Shown here in pieces: positions 28,920-41,420 of a stretch of 64,000 nt of DNA. The notes beneath the pieces are model-generated. The model did not search any database. It was not told where the DNA came from and was given only the letters and a program-made list of their open reading frames with translations. This DNA is from Camelus dromedarius (taxonomy: Eukaryota). The stretch's first letter is position 1. Each line of letters begins with the position of its first letter. The stretch is from positions 33,606,001 to 33,670,000 of the forward strand of contig NC_087447.1 in assembly GCF_036321535.1 (NCBI RefSeq), written 5' to 3'. The translations under genes were made by a program, and so were the position numbers.

Positions 28920-30591
28920 CTTGGAAAGAGAGAGCAGGAGGTGAGAGCCCCAGGAGGTCCAGGCCAGCGGGTTCCACCTGCCCTCTCCAGGGAGGCAGCT
29001 GGCTCCCTCTCCTTCTCCAAGAAGCTTTTGGTATTCTAGCTCAAGCACAGGCACCCCGGGACATTTAAGAGATTTACTGGTTGAGTTTTATTCTTGTCTC
29101 TGTCTCTTTTTTTCTTTTTCTTATTCTAGTACTTCAACATCCCCAAATGAAGCCCTTCCAGCGTTCAACAAATCTACACCTTTGACTGGTGAAATCTCAT
29201 TGGCACCTCAGCCCTCCAAGAACCTAAAATCTGCTAAGGTAGATTCCAGGAGCCTTCAACTTACATTACCTGCATACCTGCCACCCAGGGTTGGACCTGC
29301 TCGGCCAGACAGGTGGCCGGGATATCCCCTTCCTCACCACCACAGCCATCACACACACTCAACTTCCTTCTCTGCCTTAGAAGTCCCTTCCATCCCTCAA
29401 GGGCAACTCAAATGCCTCCTCCTCCAGGAAGTCTCCCTTCTCTGTCCTGCTACAGTACCTCTCCCCAGGGGCTGAACACTTGGCAATATTTATGTGGGTG
29501 TCTCATCTAGACTGTGGGCCCCTGGTGTTGATCCTTCATCTCTCTCTTCCCCAAAATGCCCAGTCTAGGCAACAGTAGCTGGCAGGCCTCCAGAGACTTG
29601 CTGAGGCTTCTCTGGGTTCTTTATCTTCAAGGATTCTTTGAGTTTGTGGGGGGGGATTTGGGGGCACGGCTTGGGGAAGAGCCCTGATCTTTGAAAAGGT
29701 TTGGACCAGAAAATGCTTTGCAGAGTCAGAACCAATTCAAGGACTCGAGATGCCAGCGGGCTGGACAGAAGGAAAGCTGCACTTTCTCTTGTCCACTCTT
29801 TCTGCAGGAAGGGCTGTTCCTGCCAGGGCCTCTCCCCACAAGGAAGGCTATGGAGCGCTGGGGAGTAAAATCAGTGGTCTTGCTTAATCCTCCCCTGAAA
29901 GTGTTTTTGAAGGATGTGGATTGTGTAATCCTTCTCTTTTGCTCCTGGGAGGGAGGAAGGGCGACCTCTGCCAGCGCGGAGGGCCGGAGCCAGACCCCGC
30001 GTGGCGCAGCTCCTGGTCAGCACTTAGTAGATCCCTCGAGCCAAGCGCGGGCCCCTTCCAACTTGTCCAGCTGAGCAGTGGGGCTGCAGAGCTGCCACGC
30101 TCCCTTGACTGGGACTCCCTTCCCACCCCCATCCTCGGTGTCCTGCCCCCTTCCTGGCACTGCAAGCCTTATTACAGCACCTCCGGCCCACTGCCTGCAC
30201 CCTGGTCTGGGGACTCCCTGCAGAAAATCAGGTGGAAACACAGTTGGGGCGCCCATTTGCCAGTGGCCAGCCTGCGTTCTTCTGTTTCCAGGGTACCTCT
30301 GATTGCAAACACTCTGTACTCCTCATAAATACTTGTCAGCGTGTCCTAATTTGGAATTAGGGGGAGGGGTGATAAGATATTTTTCCGTTTTCATCGTCAC
30401 GTGGTGCAGCACCTGTCCCTCATCCCTGTGCTTCGAGCCTACCCAGGAGACCAAAAACAAAAATTGAAGCTGCCTAACCCGATGGGGAGAGGGACGCATT
30501 TCTGGTCTCTTTATTCCAATTGAGAGGCTGTGAAAGGGAATCCTAGGTGCAAATTCCTATTCCTACAGGGGACTTGACTTGTCAGTTAACC

Positions 30592-30605
30592 CCGCCAGGT
30601 GGCAC
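30592..30605 (+). promoter_or_regulatory. Candidate CTCF site, intron 3
   Basis: CCGCCAGGTGGCAC, a close match to the CTCF core. Confidence 0.5.
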
Positions 30606-30865
30606 CTCAACGTTTGGAAGGCAAGCATAGGGGACCTTGACTGTGCCAAGTCCCTCTTCGGTGGGGACAGGAGAGGTACACTGGATCCTAGAGGCCTGGC
30701 AGCTGGTGCCTGGCTAACTGGCATCCTCTCCAATTTAGAAATGGTTTTTCTTCCACCCAGTTAGGACAACTGATACGGAAACCACTTTTGCTAAACGATT
30801 TTGCTAAAGTCAAATATGCTCTGCTCTTGCCCAAGAGGATGCATATGTGTGTACTTTCAATAGAC

Positions 30866-31030
30866 CTTTTTTTTTACAGTGTTGAGCATTTATTACTTGT
30901 TTGTTTGTTTATTTAGGTGGGGGGGATTAGGTTTATTTATATATTTGTTTTTAATGGAGGTATTGGGGATTGAACCCAGGACCTCGTGCACGCTAAGCAT
31001 GTGCTCTACCACTGAGCTATACCCTCCCCC
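30866..31030 (-). mobile_element. tRNA-derived SINE (camelid vic-1-like)
   Basis: Head GGGGAGGGTATAGCTCAGTGGTAGAG (A box)...GGGTTCAATCCC (B box), AT-rich tail, candidate TSD CAATAGAC (30858-30865 / 31033-31040). Confidence 0.88.
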
Positions 31031-31389
31031 AGCAATAGACTCTTGAGAGCACAACCCCAGCCCCACCATGCTCCCACCTCCTGCTTCGCCTGCATCCTGC
31101 GTTCCGCACGACCCAAGCATCCATTCCCAGTGTCTCCTATGCAGGCTCAGACTTCCAGGTTATCGTTAACACATCCTTCATTCAGTGTCCAGGACTGCAC
31201 ATTTCCTGGTTCTAAAGTCGTTTAGGTGCTCTGAGTGTGGTGGCTATGGAAATACTTGTAGGCTAAATTAGGGTTTGAATTTCCTCGTGTCAATGATCAA
31301 GTGAATCAGGCTAGACCAGTGTGGGGGGTGGGAGGGTGGTCCTTTGGACCCACTTCTTCCCTGAGCTCCAACTCCAGATAAAAGCTTCA

Positions 31390-32170
<781 letters not shown>

Positions 32171-33322
32171 AACAAACCCCTCCCCCCAAAATTCCTCAAC
32201 GTACCCCTTCCTCAGCTCTTTCTTTTTTTGGAGCCTATGCTAAGGCCAGAAAAAGAGCTGCAATGTCTGAAGCCAGCCAGAGCCCCTGACTCACTTTCTC
32301 TAAAGTCTAGGGGCAGAATCTGCATGGTCAGCTAATTGAAGGGGGGCACCTTTCAGCACTAGGGCAAGGGAGATAGAAGGAGGGAGATGTGGGGGTGAAA
32401 GGAGAGGGAGAACAAAGAAAGCAGATATGGAAAGAGACAGGACATCAAAAACCTTGTGTTCTGGTCTAAACTTTACTACTACACAGCTGGATAAACCCAG
32501 GCAATCCACTAGCTCTCTGTGAGCCTCTGTGTACCCATCTGTAAAATGAGGGGCTCAGAATCACTATCCCTTGAGGCACCATTCAGCTCCAGCAGTCTAT
32601 AGGTCTTTGAGGTTCACGTCTCCAAGCTCACACTAAGATGCTTTCTTGGGGCAGTCCCTGGTTCTGGAATGCCTCCACTGCTAAGCAGAAAAAGCTATGG
32701 TTGAAGCCATCTTGAATAAACCCAGAAAACATTTGGGACACCCAGACATCACACAAAGCTTCCAGGGACCCAAGCCACTGCCTGGCTTCCACCTACTCAG
32801 TCACCTTCCACCTCCTAGTCCAGCAACTTGGCATATCCACACTGGCCTGTTCCACGGGCCATGGAGGATAAAGAAGCAGCTGCCAAGATGGGAAGGAAGT
32901 CTTGGGGAGAGAGAAGCAGGGCCAAGGTGGGTGTCAGAAAGGCAAGAATCAGAAAGATGGGCAGAGCTAAAAACAGGCGAAGGAAGGGCTTGATCTCTCT
33001 ACTGAACAGCTTCAACATCCCGCTGCACTCCTCCCTACACATACCACCTCCAGCCTTCCCCCATCCCCAGTTCTTCCAGAGATAGAAAGGGTGGGAGTTC
33101 CGGCTCCTTTGTCGCAGTGCGGAGGTTAAGCAAGGCATGTGAAACACATTTTCTGCCTCCACCTGGGGTCACACAGTTGGGCATAGGCTGTCACAGGCAG
33201 TTAATGCACACAGCTGGCCGCTCCAGACGTGGACTTGAAAAGCAAGGGTGACTGGGAAATCCTAGGTTTATGTTCTTTTCTAGTCCTGCTGTGTGGGTGT
33301 GTGGATAAGCGTGGGCGTGTGG

Positions 33323-33324
<2 letters not shown>

Positions 33325-33378
<54 letters not shown>
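33325..33378. repeat. (GT)n microsatellite, ~27 units, intron 2
   Basis: Directly visible. Confidence 0.97.
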
Positions 33379-33380
<2 letters not shown>

Positions 33381-33728
33381 ACAAACACTAGAGAAACTGA
33401 GAAGGGCTATATGATCCCTAGATTTCACACAGGCGGATGCTCTGGTTCAAGAGCCCATTGCTAGATTCACAAGCTTAGCCCTTGAGCCCAGGGGAGGAGA
33501 GGAGACAGTGGAAAAGGCGGCAGTGGGGAAGGAAGAGCTGAAGTAAGTGACACAAGACAGGAAAGAAGAGATCAGGGAAGGAGGGAGCGAGACTGGAGGG
33601 AAATGGAAGAAGGCAAAAGTCCCTAAGGGAGAGGGACCACCAGTAATAGATGTCTCATCCATAACCCAGGAATGGGATTTGCTCTATGGGATTTTTTGTG
33701 CCTCTGGTTGAGAGTAAAGGCTCAAATG

Positions 33729-33902
33729 CAGGGGGTGAATCCAGGTTTATGGGGCCTGAAGCTTATACAGTTGAGAGAGGTACTTTAAGGGAAATATACA
33801 TATATATATATAAAGTTAGGTACTGGGTTTTGGAAGGGGCCCTGAGCAAAAGATCTGCCCTGAGGCTTAAACTCAATAATGGCCTCATGTAAACCACCTC
33901 TC
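33729..33902. mobile_element. MER53-like hAT fossil
   Basis: CAGGGGGTGAATCCAGGTTTATGGGGCCTGAAGCTTATACA ... GGAAGGGGCC ... TAAACCACCTCT. Confidence 0.55.
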
Positions 33903-34149
33903 ATCACGTGAGTTCTCGTATGATAAATGTAACTCGCAGTGCAAAGGCTACAGGACTTACAGTATTATGCCCCCCAGGTTTTTCTCTATATTTTCTTCTC
34001 CTTTTTTTTTTTTAACTAAGAAATTAGTCGTTAGCAAGAGGGGGAGTCCTGTCTGCATAAAGGGGTAAGAATCCAAATGCCTCAACTGCTTAATGAATCT
34101 GCACCTGGCTTTCCGCTACCACTGAGGCTGGGAAGGGGAGAGCAGCGGC

Positions 34150-34900
34150 AGCTCCTAAGGTCGAGATCCCTCTGGCAAGCTCGCTGCAGCCCTCGCACAC
34201 TGAACTGGCGACCCTAGCGCAGCGCGAGTTACCGAAGCCCCAAAGCTGCCTCCCGCATCCATCACCTGGCACTGCCAACCGGTCTCCCCATCAGCACACG
34301 TGCACCCGCCTCGGCCTGGCTTGCCTCTCCCGCGGCTGGGGAGCGGGAGGCGGCGCGGCTCGAGCGCGACCTGCTTACCTGGGCGGCAGCGGCGGCCACG
34401 CTGCCCGGGAGCACAGACGTGATTCCATCCGTCCCCAGCACCACGGTGCTCTGGCTCATATTCACCCAGCCTACGGCCGGGGTATTGTTCCGCTCCAGGG
34501 TGCCCTTGCCCACACTCACGTTCGCATCCCCCTCTGGGCCACGCAGGGCCGGAATCTTACAATGCAGCGCGTTGCCGGGCCCGGCGCCCCCTGAAGGAGG
34601 GGCGGCCTGCGCACCATGCGCCTCGCTCAAGTCCCGCAGAGCCGCCGAGGCCGCCTGCGCCCGCGGGCTACTGAATTTGCAATCCCCCACTCCCGACAGC
34701 TCGGCCTCGCAGGCTCCCGCGTCGGGGGAATGGAAAGTTTGGGCGCCGGTGGAAGCGGACCTGGGCACACGCGGCGGCGGCGCGGCAGTAGCCGCGGGAA
34801 GCTCCTGCTCCGGGCTCGTCCTGGGCGCGCACGGGCCATCGTGGTGACCCGGCGCCACTGCCGCCTCCAGGCTGTTGGCTGGTTGTTTATTCATTTCCTT
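34150..34900. promoter_or_regulatory. CpG island over exon 2 and start of intron 2
   Basis: Very high GC and CpG density. Confidence 0.8.
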
Positions 34901-34915
34901 GGAAGCACTGCAATC
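34379..34915 (-). CDS. SLC6A5: SLC6A5 exon 2 (537 nt), long cytoplasmic N-terminus
   Basis: tgcag|GATTGC...GCCCAG|gtaagc; [15 protein letters not shown]...[31 protein letters not shown]. Confidence 0.97.
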
Positions 34916-36049
34916 CTGCAAACACAATGTGAAGTTCGAGCGAAAAAGAAAAAAAAGTCACAGCAGCTTAAAAAATACCTATATCTACATACAGAGACGT
35001 TCACAACTGAAGTCCAGACACAATATGGAGGGAACAAATTGGAATCTGGATTTTTTTTTCTTCTCCAAGAAAACCTGTAATCAGTACTTCTCAATCCGTC
35101 TGTCTCGTCGATAACTAGATGACATAAAGAAGCTAATATTCTCCTCCCTAACAGAGGATGAACTCAGATGCAGAGATGTTTTTGGGAAGGGAAGAAGTGG
35201 AGGGTGGAAATAGCCCTACAGCTATGAGCTCCCGTCCTCTTTGGATTTCAGATCACGGCTGTAGGGTGCCCACGTCCCCATCACCATTGTAGAAAGATTC
35301 TTTAATTTTCCGCCCCATTTCCTTTGTCATTCAACAATGCACATTGCTTTTTTTCCCCCTTTATAAGCGATAGACAAGCTGCGGCCACAAAAGCTGATGC
35401 CCTGGCACCTGCGAGTGTTTGAGGCCAAATCGGTTGTACAAATTTTAGCGTTCCAAAACCTACCCCCACCCACCAGGTAGCAAAGGCTGGGACCAAAATA
35501 ACAGTAACGACAACCTCACAAGAACAGTAATAAACCAGACTTAAAATATAAGGTAGTAACCGGGTTTATCTTACACAACCTACATTCATTTCCAGATTTC
35601 CAGATATGTAAAAGAACGGGCAAAGTTTTTCGGCCCTCCCCATCCCCCAGGAATTCATGACAGTCTCACATACTTCATGCCCCTACACTTGCTTGGGAAC
35701 CAAAACTCTCGACTAATTTTAACTTGATTTCTCCCAATTGAGATTCAAATGAAAATAACTGCCAGCGGTGGTTTTTCCACCCGCTTTCTCCCTTCGCGCT
35801 CTTTCAGGGCTTCCCTTCGCGCTGTCTTTCAGGGCTTCCTAAATATTAGTATCAATAATTACTATTATAGTGCAAGAATAATCATATTACCTTCACACAC
35901 CTCTCTCTCGTCTAATCTTTTCACAAATGCACATATTAGAACTCCTTAATTTAGAACACCAAATCCAAGTACCTCTGCTCCAGCCAGCATTCTTATCTCA
36001 ATAGCCTCTAGGACCCACAGAGACGCTCTTCAGTACTGGCACCTGGCTT

Positions 36050-36070
36050 TTCAGCACCAAGGACAGTTCC
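36050..36070 (+). promoter_or_regulatory. RE1/NRSE (REST binding site) in intron 1
   Basis: TTCAGCACCAAGGACAGTTCC vs canonical TTCAGCACCACGGACAGCGCC: 18/21, both half-sites intact with a 2-nt spacer. Confidence 0.8.
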
Positions 36071-36308
36071 CGGAATAGTGAGGTTGGAAGGCTCCTTCAA
36101 CCTCTCAGGTCCACAGCCTCAGAAACCTATCTCCGACCCGACCCCAGGTGATGCTCACAAGTACAATGTACCTACGGCTGTGAGAACTGTCCTCCCTTCA
36201 CCTTCCAGAATGCATAGAACACTTCAGAAAGAAATATCCAAAACGAATCGGCCCTTCCTACCCCTCGCAGCCCCCTCTCCTCTTACATGAACAAAAGCAA
36301 ACACTCAC

Positions 36309-36311
36309 CAT
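36309..36311 (-). CDS. SLC6A5: SLC6A5 exon 1, coding part (ATG only)
   Basis: Minus strand reads gtttcagac-ATG|gtgagt. Splicing to exon 2 gives [11 protein letters not shown], the GlyT2 N-terminus. The 5' UTR extends rightward; TSS not determinable. Confidence 0.92.
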
Positions 36312-37499
36312 GTCTGAAACGGGCAACAGATTGAACGGGTAGAGTGAAACCAGCTATTGACAAGACTGGGTTTGGCTCCAGCAAGAGCGGCGCTTCCTAT
36401 ATCTCCTTGGGAAAGGCCGAGTTTGCGTCAGTGCAAAGCAAGGTGCCCTTCGTTTGACATTTTCTTGATAATACAAGTTTGATAAATCATTACCCCCTTG
36501 GATTCGAGTTTTAAAGGGACAACAGCCCAAAGTACGCTGGCCAGTTGTTTCTCGGGCAGGAGGGGGCTGCGTGTTCAGCGTGACTCATGTGGGTCTGATT
36601 ACTAAACCGAAGCCGGCGGGAGGGATGACAGAAGTTTGCCTCCTCCTAATTAAGGGAAACATGGGAGAGACACGTCCCACTGCACCCAAGCTGAGGCGCA
36701 GCCGCCAACAGAGCGGACTGGGCTGCCGAGGTGGGCGCAGGGGAAGGACTTAAATCATTGTCGTGTTTCAGTCTTTCTCTTCGACTAGATCCCGTTGCCG
36801 CCTCTCCAAATCTGCAGGCAGCGGATTCTGCAACATTATCCCGAAAGCGATCAAGGGTCTGGACGAAACGACACAGATCTGCAATGGCTGTACGGGTCCT
36901 GTGTTTATAAGGCTGAACCCACCTTGAGTGTATGCGGACTTCAGAGTCCCACTGTCCATCTTCCCAGTTAACCAGTGTTGGGGGAATCTTGGGTTTTCGC
37001 CTTAAAATTGAGGTCTAGTACCTGCATTTCTATTTTATCTTCATTAACACGAGAAATTCCTGAGTAAAATCAGGACTATTCTCATTATATTTTTAATCTC
37101 CTCTGAAAATATTATGGAGAAAAAAAAGGAAATTATTTTCAACACTAACATGGTTCTTAGGTCATTTTCAAAGTCAGATGAAATCCATTCTTTCTTCCGG
37201 TCGCTCTCAATGAAAATTCACCACAGCCAGGAAAGATTTGGACTTGGAAGGTCTTAGAGACCCTCCAAATCACGATCTCGGCAACCGGGCGTCAGGGACG
37301 GCCCTCTGGGATGCCACAAGAGGACATTCTACGGTATTGTAGCTGGGGTGAGGGAAGCCGTGGCGATACAAAGATGGACTTTCCAGTAGGTACAAAGCAA
37401 TGGATATAATTATAAGAAAGGGGAAACACCTTTACAAAGAAGGAATGGCTTGGAGACTAGCAGGGGATCCGTGGCACAATGCTTCCCTCCTCTCCTTTC

Positions 37500-39170
37500 T
37501 GGCGGGTCTGCTTCGGGGAACTCCATGTTTCGGGGAAGGGGAGCTACGGAAAGCACTTTGCTCCTTCCCTAATGCCGGGCCCACTGCCTTAGGGGTCGGC
37601 GCCGTCGCACTTGACTGCGCCGTCCCCATGCGGCAGGAGGATAATGCCACGAAGGCTACCGGCGAGGCTGCGGCGGCAGATTGCAGTGGGCGCCCAAGGC
37701 ACTACTGCCCCTCCCGCCTCTTTCCGAGCCGCCCGAGTGCACTCGGATGCCTCTGCTTACTGGCTCTGCCGCCTGGCCCCTCCGAGGGGGTCCACAGTCT
37801 GCATGGAGAGACCTTTCTTGAGAGCTTCAGGACGCTTTTAATCGTAGTTTTGATTTAACATTTACTAAGCTCTCAATATTGAACCATCATGCAAGGACTT
37901 TCCATGAATTATCCCATTTAGCCTTTATAAAAGCCTCTGAGAAACTCCCAGTTTGTAAGCTGGAGAAACTGAGGCTCAGAAAGTCACTTTCGAACCCTCG
38001 AGAATCTCCCAACCCTTCCCACCAGGCCCTCTCGGGCTGGTCGTGCTCTCCCAGGAGGCCCGCTCAGAGGGAAGCCCGGCGAGGTCGGGGAGTGGGGAGT
38101 AAGGAACATGGGGTGGGACTGTGGTGGGCTCTCACTGAAGGAGTCTCAGGAGAGCAGGTGGGGCCAGGAATCCCGGCCCTGCTGGGCGCTCGGAAACACC
38201 CTGGACTCTGGGAGCCACGGGGAAAGCCGAGGGGGCCTGCCGAACGCTGCTTCCGAAGCAGCTCCCAATTTCCAAGGAGCCAAATCAGGATGCGAGAACT
38301 GTAAAGGGCAAGCCTGAAGCACCTGACTTCCGCGCCCTGTGCTGTACCCCTAGGTCAGGCTAGGCCTCCCTTTTCGGGCCTTGGGCCGAATTCCAAGAGA
38401 GAGTCACGACTTCGATAGTCTCTGGCCACTTTTCAGAATTTGCATTTGAACCGCCCCCGCAAAGTGCCGCATGCCAACCGAGCGTGCAGCCCTCGCACCG
38501 ACGAGTCGGGACGCACTGACGTCCGGGCTCTGGAGGGAGCGAGGAAAAGTGCGCAGAGGTGGCGGAGTACTGCTGTGCTCGCCGCCCCGCGCCCTGGCTC
38601 AGCTCCCGGGCCTGACTTTCCGCCGGCATGCCCTCCCCGGCCAAGTGCGCGCTCGGATTCCCGCGTGGGGCCCGACGAGCGTCAGGCCCTTCGGAGGCGG
38701 TTGACGAGCAGGCTCCGCGGGGTTGGCGGAGGCGCTGCTTTGGCTACCCCGCCCCCGCCACTTTCAGCCGCAAGATGCTACAGAGGGGGTGCCGCGTGGA
38801 GAGCCGAGGGACGGTGGGGAGCGGGGAGGCCTAGAGGGGTCGCCCTGAAGCCAAGGCGAGTGCGGAGTGGCGGGGACCAGCCTGGCAGCGGGGTACGGGT
38901 GCGAGGGCGGCGGTGAGCGTGCCGGGCGGGAGGGGGGGGAGGGGAGGAGCCAGGGGCGGCTGGTCGCGCTCTCGGGTGCGTGTCAGCGCTGGAGACGCGC
39001 GGAGAACGAAGCCGCAGTATTAAAAAAGAAGAAAAGGCTCAAGTCCTGCCGACGCGGGCCTCCACCCCGCCCTCCGCGGCCGCCTGTTCCGAGTGATAAT
39101 CGGGCTCTGGGCACCGCCGCCGATCGGGCTGTAAATCCGCATCCATCACCGCGCAGCCATTCGGTCGGAA
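37500..39170. promoter_or_regulatory. CpG island upstream of SLC6A5 exon 1 (densest 38420-39170)
   Basis: High GC, dense CpG and several GC boxes (e.g. CCCCGCCCC near 38747). Confidence 0.85.
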
Positions 39171-40271
39171 TTAGCCAGTCACTATGGCCTTAATTACTTT
39201 GTCAAGGATGAAAAATAGTAATTGATTTTGCCCTCCATCACTCTGCCCCCCCCAGCCCTCAGTTAAGCAAATAAATAGCAATTTTTGAAAACCTGTGTCC
39301 ACCGGACGTAATGGGGGGCGGGGCGGGGAGTCTGCTGAAAAGGAGGCCATCCTATGGCAGCCCTAACGCCAGTGTTTGTGCCAGGACACGGTGGGGTGGG
39401 GGTAAATTAGAACCCAGGCAGGAGAGGGCCTGGAGGGCAGCCTTTTGAACGCAAAAGGCCGCCCTCCTCCGCACTAGAGGGGGAGAGGAAACGGAGTTTT
39501 ACAAGCCCTGGCTCTGGTGTTAGCCTGGCGCTTGCGGTGCCAGCTTCCTCTAGTCCTCAGGGCAGCAGGTGAGAAACAGCTGCCCAGCTAAGTTGACAGA
39601 AAGGCGAAGAAACTTGCCTGAAGTCAGCGGGCAGAGCCAGGATCTGAGCCCACGTCTGTGTTGACTCTGGTCCAGAGTATGTCTGTGTCCTGGTGATTTT
39701 GATGTGGGAGGCATGAACACCTAAAACTCCTCTAGATGATGGATGCGAGGGCTCAGTGTGGGCTTCAGGTGACATTGCCAAGGTAGTCAAGAAGCCATGA
39801 GGTATTTTTGTCTCACTTGTCTACTCCCGCCCAATTCCACCGCAGTGTTGTTCAGTGTTAAGAACGTGGGCTCTGCAGACAGACTACACCATTTCCTCAC
39901 TCTGTGACCTTGGGGGGAAATTCTCAATGTATAAAATGAGGATAAGAATATGTATTAACCAACCTCAAGGGCTGTTTGACAATTAAATGAGAGTACACGT
40001 GTGAAGTACCTAAACTGAGGCCAGCTGCCTGGCGTGCTTTCAATAAGTGATTGTTATGATGCAGACTGCAAGAATTATCTGTCTGAAGCCCCTCAGATTT
40101 TAGCAGATAAAACAGTTCTTTCTCCCTGGTCCAGAAGATTTTCTGTGGGGAGACATGCACAAAATAGAAAGCCTTACAAAGTAGACAATCATTGTACAAC
40201 ATTTTCCCTCCTCATTCAGTGGTTTGGTCACACAATAATCAAGTATTTATCTTCACTAAAGGAAAATGGAG

Positions 40272-40412
40272 GGGGGAGAGTATAGTTCAAGCGGTAGAGT
40301 GCATGCTTAGCTTGCAGGAGGTCCTGGGTTCAATCCCCAGTATCTCCTCTAAAAATAAATAAACCAACCTAATTACTTCCTCCCACCCTCCAAGAAAAAA
40401 AACAAAAAGAAA
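40272..40412 (+). mobile_element. tRNA-derived SINE (vic-1-like)
   Basis: A/B boxes, A-rich tail, TSD GAAAATGGAG (40262-40271 / 40413-40422). Confidence 0.9.
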
Positions 40413-40929
40413 GAAAATGGAGAGCATTTTGAAAAAGTGCTCAAACACAGAGGCCGCTGTGAGTGTGTCCTGTTTAGATCAAGGTAGATCTCAACATACA
40501 CAGCAGGACCTTAGCGCTTCGTAATCAGCTTCATTGCCCAGGTCTCCTTTGGACCTCGGGTGTCAAGGAGGAACGAACTAATCAGGGCAAGCTTCCCTCA
40601 CCGTAGCGTTTCAGAAGAGTCTACTTGGAAATCAGTGGTTCAGCTAAGCACCTAGTCTGTGTGCACAATGTAGATCCAAAATCCTGAGACTCAGACATGC
40701 AGGACGCTTGTTCCTGAGTCAGCAGTAGTGATGATTTTCACTTCACTGCAGCAAAACACAGGGCAGTGGGCGCAGGCGCAGAAGCAGAGAAATTTAAAAC
40801 AAGCTGCAAAGGACATTCAAGGTCACCTCTAGTTCCACATGCATGCATTATCAGTGAGAAAACAGAGGTCCAGGGAGGAGAAATGAGTACTCAAGGTCAC
40901 TTGCAAAATAAAGAAACGTCTCTTTTTTA

Positions 40930-41191
40930 AAAAGGAAAGAGATCCAGCAATCCCACTCTTAGAAATCCACCCCCAAGGAACAACAGCACACGGCAAGGAC
41001 GTTTATTACAGCATATTTGATAAATGGATCCTGGGGAAAAAGTGTCCACATTAGAGCAATAGGATGTCCTAGCATGAACTGATTTTGTAGCCTTAAAAAG
41101 AATGGTTTAGAGCCATACACTTGGCTTGGACAGATTCTCATGAGGTAATAAATGAGAAAAGCAGATGCACTACAGTATGTATATTATCATC

Positions 41192-41232
<41 letters not shown>

Positions 41233-41420
41233 CCAGTAAAACGTGGCAACACACACTGGGTAGCACCTAGGATTACTGGCGGGCAGCGTGAGCATTGATG
41301 TGAGTGGAGAGAAGAGGCAAGAGGGAAGCAAAAAATGGGAGAGGGAAAAGACTGTACTTAAAAAAATGGTTATAATTATCACACGTATAAATTTATGTAA
41401 AATGTGTATAAACAATTTTT
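40930..41420 (+). mobile_element. Old L1M fragment containing a (GT)n
   Basis: GATCCAGCAATCCCACTCTTAG motif of the L1 ORF2 end / 3' UTR. Confidence 0.55.
41194..41231. repeat. (GT)n microsatellite, ~19 units
   Basis: Directly visible. Confidence 0.97.

Noticed and set aside
34436..34446. RE1 left half CAGCACCACGG in exon 2
   Set aside because: Right half GACAG is missing; explained by coding sequence.
34262..34927. 221-aa ORF as a stand-alone gene
   Set aside because: It is exon 2 plus intronic read-through; MCLQ and the residues after AAAAAQ lie beyond the splice sites.
34419..35080. Plus-strand ORFs of 142 and 154 aa
   Set aside because: Antisense shadows of GC-rich exon 2, where stop codons are depleted.
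38440..39193. Arg/Gly/Pro-rich ORFs in the CpG island
   Set aside because: Expected from GC content; no recognisable domain.
40272..40345. tRNA genes at the SINE heads (also ~31.0, 43.7 and 46.9 kb)
   Set aside because: Each has a SINE body, A-rich tail and TSDs, and copies are diverged; these are retroposed SINEs.
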